Assembly: GCA_000388065.2 (NCBI GenBank)
Contig: KB932214.1
Strand: one strand, 5' to 3'
DNA length: 38,136 nucleotides
Origin: Fonticula alba ATCC 38817
Lineage: Eukaryota; Protista; Nucleariida
A program made the position numbers and the translations under genes. The notes beneath the pieces were generated by a model. It searched no databases. It was not told the DNA's origin and saw nothing but the letters and a program-made list of their open reading frames with translations. Shown piece after piece: positions 20,336-31,800 of the stretch. How positions within the stretch are numbered: position 1 is the first letter of the stretch; every line of letters begins with the position of its first letter.

Positions 20336-23300
20336 ATGACCGACGGCATGATGCGCTCCGAGCAGATGGCGCTCACCCAGATGTACATCCCATCGGATGC
20401 GGCCCACTCGACCATTTCGGCGCTGGGCATCTTCGGCATGACCGAGCTCCGTGACGTGCGTCCCCCTGCTTGCCGCGTGTGTATGTGTGTGTGTGTGTGT
20501 GTGTGTGTCTGTCGCTTCCGCTCTCATCTAACTTGTGGCCCCCTCGCTCTTCCCTTCGCCCCCCCCCCCTCCCCCTCACAGCTCAACAGCGATGCCAACC
20601 CCTTCCAGCGCCGGTACACCACCCAGATCCGTCAGTGTGACGAGCTCGAGCGCATCCTCCGTACGTAGTGTCCGTTCTCCACCCGCCTGGCCTGGTCTGC
20701 CCGCGATCTCGGCGGCCGCCGCTGTCCATGCGCATTCCCACGGTCAGTCAGCAACTCACCCTCTCGACACCCACGCACACGCACACGCACACACGCGGCA
20801 AGCAGGCTACCTCAGGGAGGAGTGCACCGCGGCCGGACTCCAGCCGGAAGAACCATACAACCTGCCGGCCGACTGGACCATCCAGACGCCGCAGGTGCTG
20901 ACCGAGCTCGGCCAGCGCCTGGCCCACCTGGAACGCGAGGTCCGCGGCGGGGCCACCAGCGAGCAGAGCCTCCGCCGGAGTCGCCACGAGTTGCTGTCCC
21001 TGCGGGCCATCACCCGCGCGGTGGACCGGTTCTTCGAGGATGAGCCGGCCCAGGCGGCCATGGGGGCCACCCTGCTGAAGCCGGCGTCCGTCGACAACCT
21101 GGACCACATCCAGCCACGCAACTATCGCTTTCACAATGCCCAGGCGCAGGACGACCACCATCTGCTGCTGGGCACCGGGGCCGGCCATGCCGAGGCCATC
21201 GAGCTGGGCGACCTGACGCAAACCGAGTCGCCCACCCTGCAGGACATGGACTCCTACTCGCCCACCCTGCAGCCGATCAATCCGTCCTCGCTCAGGTAGG
21301 TGCCCCTGCGGCCGCGGGCCCCGTCGGCTTTTTGGCCCCCCCCCCCTCCCCCCCCTGACCCGCTGCTTGCCGGACTGTGCTCCGTTCTAACCTGGCCGCT
21401 CTGATCTTCCCCTCGCCGTTGCTCCGTGCCTGCCTCTGCTGCCTTGCTTCACCCTCCCCTGCTGCGCACCGCTCCCGGGGCGGGCGGGGGGCTCTGTGCC
21501 GGTCCGCGCCAACCCTGACAGCTTCATCTGCGGCATCGTCGAGCGCACCAAGCGCTCGGCCATGGAGTCGGTCCTGTGGCGCTCGCTCCGGGGGAACCTC
21601 TACTCCAACTTCTCCAGCTTGGAGGTCCTGATCCAGGAGGACGAGGACCTGGACGCCGATGTGGCCAGCCTGCACGGGCCCGGCCCCGACGGGTCCGCCG
21701 ACGCCAAGTGGCTTCCGGTGCGTCTGCCCACCTGCAGCTCCCTCCGCGTCGCTGGCGCGGCCTTGCACCAAGGCCCGGGGGGGGGGGGGGGGGGGGGGAA
21801 GGGAGCCCCCCTCACCTCCAACAAACACCCACACACAAACACACACACCCACAAGTACAAACAAACACGCGTGCTCCCGCCGCCGATCTCCCTCTCCCAC
21901 GACCCTGTGCCTGGTTGACTGGCAGAATGTCATGTACGATTGCTTGGTGGTGCTGGTCAAATCCGGATCCCTGCTGGACCGCGCCCAGAAGGTGGTCACC
22001 GCGTACGTGGCCCAAAGGGGCGCCCCTCCTCGCCCCTTCGCCGTCCGTGGCAAGCTCGCTCCCGCTCGCGCGCGCGGTGCTCCTGCCTTGCCGCCCGCTC
22101 TCTGACTCCGGACGCCCTGCGCAGCTTCGGTGCCTCTGTATACCCCTGCCCGGGAAATGGATCCGACCGGGAGGAACTCCGCAGCCAGATCGGCATTCGC
22201 ATTGACGACCTCCGACGGGTACGCCATCGCCATCATCACCATTCACAATCCGGCCCCCTGTCTGCCGGGGCCGGCGCCGAGGCCGCCCTTGCCCATCTAA
22301 CACATGTTGCTGGGGGGGGCGGGGGACGTGGTGGGACCACGAAAAAATGGGGGGGAAAAATCATCATGCAACCAGGTCCACAGCCAGACGGTGGCCCACC
22401 GCAAACGCACCCTCGCGCAGGTGAGCGAGGCCCTGCCGGAATGGCAACGCCTCGTCGCCCGGGAGAAGGTCACCTACTCCGAGATGAACAAGCTGTGCTT
22501 CGATGTGACATCTAGCTGCCTGATCGGCGAGGCGTGGGTACCACGGCGCGACCTGCCCGAGCTGAGCAGACGCCTTGACGAGGCATCCGTACGTTCACCG
22601 AGCCCCGGGCTTTTGTTGGTGGCCCTGCCCTCCTCCTCGTCGCCGTGCCTGACCCATCTCACATGCGTATGCCGCCGCCGACAACAACACCTCGGCACCC
22701 ATGCCCTGCCCTGCCCTGCCCTGCCCTGCCCTGGTGCAGGCCAAGGCCAACAGCGAGGTGCCCACCATTTTGCGGACCCTCTCCACCCGGCAGACACCGC
22801 CCACCTTCTACCGGACCAACAGCTTCACCTCCGGCTTCCAGGCGCTCATTGACTCGTATGGCATCAGTCGCTATGGCGAGGTCAATCCCGGCGTCTATGC
22901 CATCATCACCTTCCCCTTCCTCTTTGCCGTGATGTTCGGCGACCTGGGGCATGGCTTCATCATCACCATCATCGCGCTGGCCATGATGGCGTACGCCAAG
23001 CCGCTGGCGCGCCTGTCCCGCGGCAACGAGGTGCGCTCGCCGTGTCCGCCCGCCCGCCCGCCCGTCCCTCTTGGCAAAAAGGGCCCGCGGCCCGCGGGCC
23101 CATTCCCTTCTCGCCGTGTGCCCCTCTCGCCCTGGCTGACAAGAGGGGAAAACCCAAAAACTCGCCTCGTCCCCCCCCCCCCCGCCCGCCTTCGCGGCTG
23201 ATAGATGGTCGGCACCTTCTTCCACGGCCGGTACATCATCCTCCTGATGGGGCTCTTCTCCCTGTACACCGGGCTCATCTACAATGACATCTTCTCCAAG

Positions 23301-24066
23301 GGCATGCCTTTGGGCAAGAGCGGCTTTGACTTTCCCCCGCCCGCGGTGCGTGCCCCCCCCCCTCCCCCCCCCCACCCCCACCCCGCCCTTGGGGCTGGCA
23401 TCCTGCGCGCCTCCCCTGCCAGCCGCCAAGCTGACCCTCGGCTCCTATGTGTGCTCCCGCCCGGCCCCCCTCTCGCCCCACCTGCCGACCTCTGGCGCGC
23501 CCTGCCGGCGGGCCGCCCCGTCCCTTCCCCCTCTGTGGCCCTGCTGCCCGTCGACCCTGCCCGCGCGCGCGCGCGCGCGCGCGCCGGGGCCCCTCCAGCC
23601 CGGGCAGCAGGTCGTCCACGGCACCTTCAACGGGCACATCTACACCTTCGGCCTGGACCACGCCTGGCACGGGTCCGACAACATGCTGATCTTCATGAAC
23701 TCCTACAAGATGAAGATGTCCATCGTGCTCGGTGTCATCCAGATGCTCTTCGGCATGGGCCTGCAGGTGGTCAATTATCTGAACATCGGCGACCGGCTGG
23801 ACATCATCATGGATTTCATCCCGCGGCTGCTATTCATGGTTTGCATCTTCGGCTACCTCATCTGCATGATTGTCTACAAGTGGACGGTCGACTGGTCGAC
23901 CCGGCCCACGGCGCCCTCGCTGCTGAACATGCTCATCAATATGTTCCTCTCGCCGGGGCACGTCCCGGCCGATGAGCGCCTGTATTCCGGCCAGGTGCGT
24001 GCGCGAGTCTCGCCTGTGCCGCCCCGGCTACCCGACAGCCCGTCTGGCCGCGCCCTCCCGCACGCA

Positions 24067-24098
<32 letters not shown>

Positions 24099-24965
24099 CA
24101 CACAATAGGCCACAGCAACCGCCAGCACGACCGACACTGACACATACCGAACCACCCACCCCCTGTGCATGTGCACGCGTAGGAAACCGTCCAGCTGGTT
24201 CTGGTGGTTGTGGCCCTCGTGGCCATTCCGTGGATGCTGCTGACCAAGCCGCTGGTCCTGCGCGCGCGGCACAAGCGCCAGCTTCGCCGCAACGCCGGCC
24301 AGGGCCTGCTCGGGACCTACACCCAGCCGGGGCCGGTGGAGGCCCCGGGCGGCGATGCGCTGTCCTCCGACTCGGATGATGCCAGTGCGTCGGACGTCCC
24401 GCTGACCGGGCTCGGCCCGGGGCCGGCCGCGCTTCACCCGAACCCGGGCCCGGAAACCGCGGCACCCCTGATGGGCGCCACCGGCGGCCTGGCCCCGGTG
24501 GAGTCCAGCCTCTCGCGGCGCCTGGCCGTGGCCGAGGCCACCGACGGGGCCCTCTACATGGACATGGAGGCCGGGGCCGAGGAGGAGTTCGACTTCGGCG
24601 AGATCTTCATCCACCAGGCCATCCACACGATTGAATTTTGCCTGGGCGCCATTTCCAGCACGGCCTCCTACCTGCGGCTGTGGGCCCTGTCGCTGGCGCA
24701 CGCCCAGCTGTCCACCGTCCTCTGGGACATGACCCTGCAGATGATCCTCAACCTCGAGGACCCGATCGTGGCCGGCGTGCTGCTGGTGGCCGGCTTCGCC
24801 GTGTGGATCACCCTCACCGTGGCCATCATGTGCATGATGGAGGGCCTGTCGGCCTTCCTGCATGCGCTGCGTCTGCATTGGGTGGAGTTCAACAACAAGT
24901 TCTTCTTCGGCGATGGCCGCGCCTTTGAGCCCTTCTCTTGGGAGCGTGTCTTCGATGAGGAGTGA
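20336..24965 (+). CDS. ATP6V0A: V-type H+-ATPase V0 subunit a (Vph1/Stv1/ATP6V0A family); join(20336..20455,20582..20660,20806..21295,21522..21717,21926..22002,22125..22218,22376..22588,22740..23030,23205..23345,23599..23994,24183..24965), about 959 aa
   Basis: Hallmarks: MMRSEQM, ELRDLN, NPFQRRY...[29 protein letters not shown]...YGEVNPG...[37 protein letters not shown] (essential Arg), [17 protein letters not shown]. Ten frame-preserving GT-AG introns (2880 nt). Confidence 0.95.
22702..22731 (+). repeat. (TGCCC)6 in V-ATPase intron 7
   Basis: Directly visible just before the acceptor at 22739. Confidence 0.9.
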
Positions 24966-25154
24966 GCCGGCCCATGTGTCCCTGCCGCCGCCTCCCCCCG
25001 CCCCCCCCCCTTCCCCGGGGCGAGGCGGCGTGGCCATGCACATGCGCACGCATACCCACACATACATACAGACACACATTGTGTACATGCCCTGCCCTTG
25101 AAAAATATACCTACGTATGCGTGCGCACGAATTCCACCCAGGTGAGCATGAGCG

Positions 25155-25166
25155 TGTGTGTGCGCG

Positions 25167-25222
<56 letters not shown>
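25155..25222 (+). repeat. Compound (TG)n-(CG)10-(AG)20 microsatellite downstream of the V-ATPase gene
   Basis: Directly visible. Confidence 0.95.
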
Positions 25223-25225
<3 letters not shown>

Positions 25226-25783
25226 GACATGGCCAGCAGGGGGTGCTGGTCGCACGTGTCTGCATCTCTTGATGTCTCAGTGGTCGGTCGGCTGCTCCTT
25301 CTCTTTCCTTTTCATCCTCGCCCCCCGGGAGAAGGGCACGCCCGCGCGCGGAAAAAAAATCACCCACAGTTGCTTGGTGTGGGAGATGCAAATGCGGGTC
25401 GGGGTCACGTGCGCTGCGTGCGCTTTTCACGCATGGTATGCACGCTGGCCGATCGAGGCACGGGCGCCGGCGCGGCCTTCTTGTGCCAGCACGATCCGCC
25501 CGGGGGCCAGGCCTCTCGTTCATTCGCATCCGAGCCGCCACCCGACCACGCCCTCTGTCCCTTTCTCCGCCCCCCCCCCCACACACACGCATTCCCTTCC
25601 CTCGCCCGCTGCCCCATCCCTTGCGCCCCGGCTGCATTGGACCCAGCCCAAGCGCCGCCCCCCCCCTCCACACACACACACACACGCGCACACGCGCACA
25701 CATACACACGCAGGCAGAGTGGTACAGGCGTGTAGCCACACGTGCCAGCACAGCCACAAGCACGGGCACAACCACAAGCACCA

Positions 25784-28299
25784 ATGCTCCGTCGTAGCAT
25801 GAGCGCCGCCCTCCGGCGCGTGGACCATGGCCGCGTCCTGCCGGGGCTGGCGGCTCGCGGACTCGCCTCCGCGGCCGGGCCGGGCCCGGCGCCCCCGGCC
25901 CCCGGCAGCAGCTCGACCGCCCCGAAGAAGAACCTCATCAGCATCAGCGAATTTACCCCCCGGCGGAATGTCCCCTCGCCCGGGGTGCGGATCCCGCGGA
26001 TCTTCCTGCACAGCGCCGGCGGCCGGGCCCCCGGGAGTGCCCTGTCCGGCACTCTGATCCCCGGGGCCAAGATTGCCCTGGACGAGCGCAGTGCTCACCA
26101 GATCACCCGGGTGCTGCGGTTCCGGCAAAATGAACTGGTGGATCTGTTCGACGGGGCGGACGGCTTCGACTACCGGGCACGTCTGCTGCCGAAGGAGGAG
26201 TTCCCCTCGGTGGAACTGGCCCGGCGCATTGCCGAGATGCCGTTCATCGACGACACCGGCAAGGTCCAGCGGAAGAAATTCCACACCCGCGTCCGGGCCC
26301 AGAAGGGCCGGCCGCGAGACACCTACGTCGAGGTGTTGAACCGGGTGCGCACTCTTTCCCCGGCCCCGCCTTTGCCCTGCTCCTTCCCTCGTTCCTTTCC
26401 TCCCTGTGCTCGCATCTGGATGTTCTTCCGGGGGGGGGNNNNNNNNNNNNNNNNNNNNNNNNNNNNNNNNNNNNNNNNNNNNNNNNNNNNNNNNNNNNNN
26501 NNNNNNNNNNNNNNNNNNNNNNNNNNNNNNNNNNNNNNNNNNNNNNNNNNNNNNNNNNNNNNNNNNNNNNNNNNNNNNNNNNNNNNNNNNNNNNNNNNNN
26601 NNNNNGGCCCGTGACTGACCCGCCCCTCTGCTCCCGCTCTCCCGCCTCCTGGTCCCGCTCGCCTGCCCCCCTGGTCCCGCTCACCCGCCCCCGCCCCCCC
26701 CCCCTCCGCTCCCGCTCGCCCGGCCGCCTGGCCAACCAGCGCCTCCCCCGGTCGCAGGAGATCCCGACGCGCATCCACGCGGCGCTGGTCCTCTCCCCGC
26801 GGCTGGACAATGTGGAGCCCTTCATCCAGCGCGCCGTGGAGATGGGCGCCGCGTCCATCATTCCCCTGCTGCCACTGGCCGAGGGCAAGCGCCCGGACTG
26901 GGTGGACCCGGCGCAGCGGGAGCTCTTGACGCAGGAGCGCCTGCTGTCGTGGCGCCTGGCCGCGGCCAAGGCCGCCGAGGCGGCCGGCCGGTCGGTTGTC
27001 CCGCCGGTGGTCATGTCCACCGGGCCGGACGGCCAGCACCTGATGCCCTTCTTCTTCGGGGACTGGACGACGGCCGTGTCGCGGGCGGTGCGGAATGCGC
27101 GCGCCAGCGCCGGCCCCGGCCCCGGCCCCGGGTCCGGCCCCCCGGGCCCGGCGCCCCAGCTGACGGCCAAGGTGTCCACCTGCAGTGCGGATCTCCTGCG
27201 CCACCTGCCGGATGTGGCCAACGCCCTGGAGGAGCATGACCGGCAGTTCCGCTCGGACTCCGAGGATGAGGCCGGCGGCCCGGGCAGGCTGGCGGTGCCG
27301 CAGCCGGCCGTCGTGCCGGCCGGCATGACCTACGAATCGGTGGCCAACCTCAGCGAGTACTACTACGAGGGGCTGGACTATTCGGACCCCGGGACCTGGA
27401 TCCAAAGCCCCAAGGGCCCGGTCAATCCGACCACCGCGCTGCCCATCGGCGACTATGACGACGCCATTGCCCTGACGGATGCCCACCGGTTCCTGGTCCG
27501 ACAGGTGGACTGGCCATTGCGGGACTCGCTGGCCCTGACCAGCCCCCCGGCCGGGGCCTGCCTGCTGTGCTACGACCCGCTGGACACCCAGGAGCAGCCG
27601 TCGCTGCTGCCGCTGCTGTCGGCCGGCCTCCGGGCAGGCGGCGACCTGGCCGAGGCCGGGGGGCGCCCGGGGCGCCGGGGCCGCGGCGCACCCGCCGGCC
27701 GTCGGCACGCCGGCGCCAGCCGCCTTGAGCAGGAGGCCCCCCCTGCCCAGGTGGACGAGTCGCGGCCGGGGGAGGCCCGCCGCGGCCGGGGCCGGCGTAG
27801 CCCTCCCCGCCCGGGGGGGGCCGCTGTGGCCGGGCACGAGTCGGCCCCCGAGTCCGACGTGGCGGAGGCCGCGCCCACCGAGGGGGCGAGTGGCCAGGCC
27901 CGGCGGGGCCGCGCGCGTCGCGCCGCCCCGGCGGCCGAGGTGCCCGGGTCTGACTTCGACAGTGGGCCGGACTCCGACGGGGAGCGGCCCCCCTCCGACC
28001 TGGGGCACGGCCACCACGAGGAGGAGGAGGAGGACATTTCGTACGATGCGCTGACCGGCGACACGGCCGGCGCGCTGGATCTGGCCAGCGAGCAGGAGGT
28101 CCGCGATGTGTTCTTCCTGCTCGGGGCTGACATTGGCATCTCGGCGGTCGAGCGGGCGCACCTGAACCGCCTGGCCACAGACCGCGACGCGTGCGTGCCC
28201 TGGGCCCGGGGGCACTTCGGCCCGCGGCTCCTCCGGCCGGAGAGCGCCCTCGGCACCCTGGCCACGCTGGCGCACTCCCTGGCCGGGAACTTCGACTGA
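25784..28299 (+). CDS. RsmE-like (16S rRNA m3U1498) SPOUT methyltransferase homologue with N-terminal presequence and large insertions; join(25784..26344,26740..28299), about 706 aa; the intron spans an assembly gap
   Basis: Colinear with recalled E. coli RsmE: RIPRIF...IALDERSAHQITRVLR...VDLFDG; IHAALVLSPRLDNVEPFIQRAVEMGAASIIPL; WRLAAAKAAEAAGRSVVPPV; FFLLGADIGIS..E; FGPRLLRPESA. The acceptor could be 26758, and a hidden exon in the gap cannot be excluded. Confidence 0.8.
26439..26605. other. Assembly gap (N run) inside the RsmE-like intron
   Basis: N bases. Confidence 1.
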
Positions 28300-28853
28300 A
28301 GGGCGCCGCCGGGGGAGCAGGGAAAACACACGATATAGACGCAGCCCGCCATCCCCCTGTGCCCTGTGTGTGTGTGTGTGTGCGCGCCTGACCCTGGTTC
28401 GGCGCGCGAGGAGAGGGGGAAACAGAGAAAGCACAAGAGAGAGAGAGAGCACAAGAGAGCGCACACAGCAACAAGAGAGGGGAGAAGGAAGTTGGTTGTA
28501 TTTGTATGTGGGGGGATTGTGTTTGGGGGAAAGGGGGGGGGGGGAAGAAGGACACACAAGGGCGGGGGAGTCTGAGGGAAGAGGGAGAGAGAGCGCACGC
28601 ATACTGCGCGCACGCATGAGAAAGAAGGAGGGAGAGAAAGGAAGGGAGGGAGTGCGATCGCGATCTCTCCTGCCCTGCGCTTCTCCTCGCCGCCCCCCCC
28701 CTGCTCTCGCTCTCCCGCTCCCCCCCGCCGCTCGCCCGCCACAGGCAGGGGGGCGCGAGGGAAGGAGCGAAAAAGCGCGGGAGGGAGGGGGAAAGAGAGA
28801 GAGAGAGAGAGAGACAGAGAAAGAGAGAAGGGAAGCCCAGCTTCCACGCCACT

Positions 28854-31800
28854 TTAAGACTTGAGGAACTTCTTGTTGATCAGGTAGATCATCAGGTTGA
28901 CGTTGATCTTGGCGCTGCCGATCTGCATGGCCTGGATGTTGTCGAACTGCTTCTGCAGCAGGTCCTCGATGGAAATCTCGTGGGTGTCGGTCATGCCGAA
29001 CAGCTTGCCCTCGATCTGGTAGACACCGGACTTCGGGGTGTTGGAGATGGTGAGGTAGGCCTTGCTGCGGGCGTTCTTCGGGACATTCTCCAGCTCATAC
29101 AGGACACCCTTCTGGAAGAGGCGCTCCGCGGTGTAGGAGTAGGAGATGGTGCTGTCGTTCTGGTCCTTCTTGGAGTCGCGGAACAGGCCGAGCCCCTTCT
29201 TCTTGGGGGGCTTGGCCTTGTCCACCATGCCACTGATGGTGGAGTCCACGTACTCCTGGTACTTGGACTTCTGCTCATCCAGGTAGGAGGTCTTCTCGTC
29301 GAGGTTCTCCAGGGTCTGACGAACCTTGACCAGCTCCGAGCGGCGCTGGATGCGGCGGCGGTTCTTGTTGCGAATCTCCTTGGCAATGTCATTCAGGAGC
29401 TCCTGGTAGCCATTGGCACGGGACACCATGCCGGCGGCCTCCAGCTGCTCGAGGTTGCTCTGGACGCGCTGCTTCAGCTGCTCGAGGTTCTGCGGCTGCA
29501 GGGGCTCGGCGGCGGCGGCGGCCGCCGCCGCCGCGGCATCCTCATCCTTCTTGTGCCCGGCGCGGCTCTCGCGGTTCAGGCGGATGTTCTCCTCGGACTG
29601 GAGCTGGGCCTCGTAGAGGGCCTGCTGCTCGGCGGTCACCGGCGACTCGATGATGGCCATCAGGGTCTTGCCACGCTGCACACGCATGACAGACAGGCAC
29701 ATGCGCTTGGTCTCGACGAACATCTGCCGCATGCGCTGGGCATCCTCCGACTCCAAATCCGGGAACCGATTGGTCAGGTTCAGAGTGACATCCTGATCGC
29801 GGCTCTGGTTGTCCACCGTGGCCGGGGGCTGGCCCAGCTCATCGAGGATGACATTCAGATGGTCCGACGCCTCGGGGGCCAGGTCCTCGCGGAACTCCAG
29901 CAGCAGCGAGTGCGTGGTGTAGATCTGCACCGTGGACATGTAGACAATCGGCTTCTGGATGGTCAGCAGATCGTCATACCGGTCCACCTGGAAGTACTCC
30001 TCCACGGTGACCACATTGCCCACCTCGCGGAAGAAGTTGAAGAACCGGTCGGTCGACTGGCGGACAAACTCATTGAGCGACGACAGGTAGAACAGCTCGT
30101 CCTCGAAGAGCTTGCCGACACTGATCTGCATCAGCATCTTGGAAATCTCACCGAGGTTCTTGCGCTCCTCCTGGCGCACGCGGCCGGACTCGACCACGCC
30201 GAAGAAGTCCGGCGACACGATGGCCGGGTTGATGTACCGGTAGTAGATCAAATGACCGACCACCTTGAGGATCTCATGCTCCTCGCCCGGGCCGAGCTTC
30301 TCCGACATGAGACGGTGCAGCTCGCGCGCGATGTACCGAATGCCATACGGCATGTGCGGCAGGGACTCCATGATGGCGGTGATGAACTTGTCGGTCATCG
30401 ACCGCAGGTCCTTGACACGGCGAACGAAGATCTTCATGACCTCATCGCTGTCGAGGGCCTGCGACCGGCTGATGTCATACTGCAGGGTGGACACCTGACC
30501 GGTGCGGGACTCCTCATCCTTGATGAGAGTCCGGTAGATGGTCAGCGGGTCGACATCCAGGTCGAGCTCCTGGTTGTCCAGGATCTCCGACACCAGGGGC
30601 TTCAGCAGGCCATGAAGGAACTGCTGCTCCTTGGCACCACGCGTGTACCGGACAATGAGGTTGATGAAAACCGGATTGTCACGCAGCAGCTCCTGGGCCG
30701 AGCTGACATGGGTGATTTCCTCGGTGAGGGCATCACGGAAGAGCGACAGCAGCAGATACTCCTCGCGGGCATTGTGCGCATAGCTGTACAGGGTGAGGAC
30801 CACCTGCTCCAGGAACTTCTGGTTCTGCTCGCGGCTCTTGAGCGCCGACATGAGCTTGGCCAGGTAGTGGGGCTTGGTCTGGAGCAGGTAGAACAGATGC
30901 TGGTAGGACATGAGCTTGTCGCGGGACTCGCGATCCAGGAGCTTGAGCGAGCCGCCGGTCTCCTGCTGCTGCTCGGACTTCTTCTGCTGCTGGCGCAGGA
31001 ACTTCTTGGTCGACTCGACGAACTCATCCAGCGACACGCGGTTGCGAATGAGCAGCGCAATCTTGACATCCAACTCGCCAAGCTCGCGCTCCTTGGTCTG
31101 GTTCTCGCGAATCTGCAGGACAACCTGCTGCTTGTGGCGCTCCAGCTCGATCTCCTCGTCGAAGTCCTTCTCCGAGTCGTCCAGCAAATGCACAAACCGC
31201 TGGATGGTCTCGAAGGAGGTGTTCTCCTTGGCCATGAGGGCCTTGTACTGCTGCTGGGCGATCTTCCGGCGGAAGTGCGCCTGGATCTTGATGATCTCCT
31301 TCTCATGCTCGCGGTAGTGGCGCATGCGCTCGGCATGGTGCGCGCGCACGGCATTCCCCCGGATCATGGCCTGGATGCGCTCCCAGAAGGGCTCATGCTC
31401 GCGCAGGAGGGCCATGCGCTCCAGGTGGTCACGGCGACCGAGGAACCCACGGATGTTGGCCTGGAGGATCTCGATCTGCGGCTCGTTCTTGGCGAAGTGC
31501 GCCGCGCGGGCCTGGTCTTCCAGGAGCTTGCGCTGCTCATTGAGCGCATGCTCGCGGTTGTCCTTGGCCTGGCGGAAGATGGCCAGGAGCTGCTCCAAAT
31601 CCGACAGGGCCTTGCCAATGGGCGGGGTGTACTGGTACTCGTCGTGCAGCAGCTGGTACTCGGTGCGCAGGGCATCGGCCTGGCGCTCGAAGTCCGCCAG
31701 CTGGGTGTCCCGGTCCTTGGCCAGGTCGGCCAGGAGCTGGTTGACGGCGGCCAAGTCGGCCGGGAAGTCGCGGCTGTCGTCGGCGCTCTTGGCGGCGCGG

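Noticed and set aside
29400-31400. IQGAP GRD lacking the canonical FLR motif, considered as a pseudo-GAP novelty
   Set aside because: A catalytically inactive GRD with a YYR motif is the normal IQGAP state.
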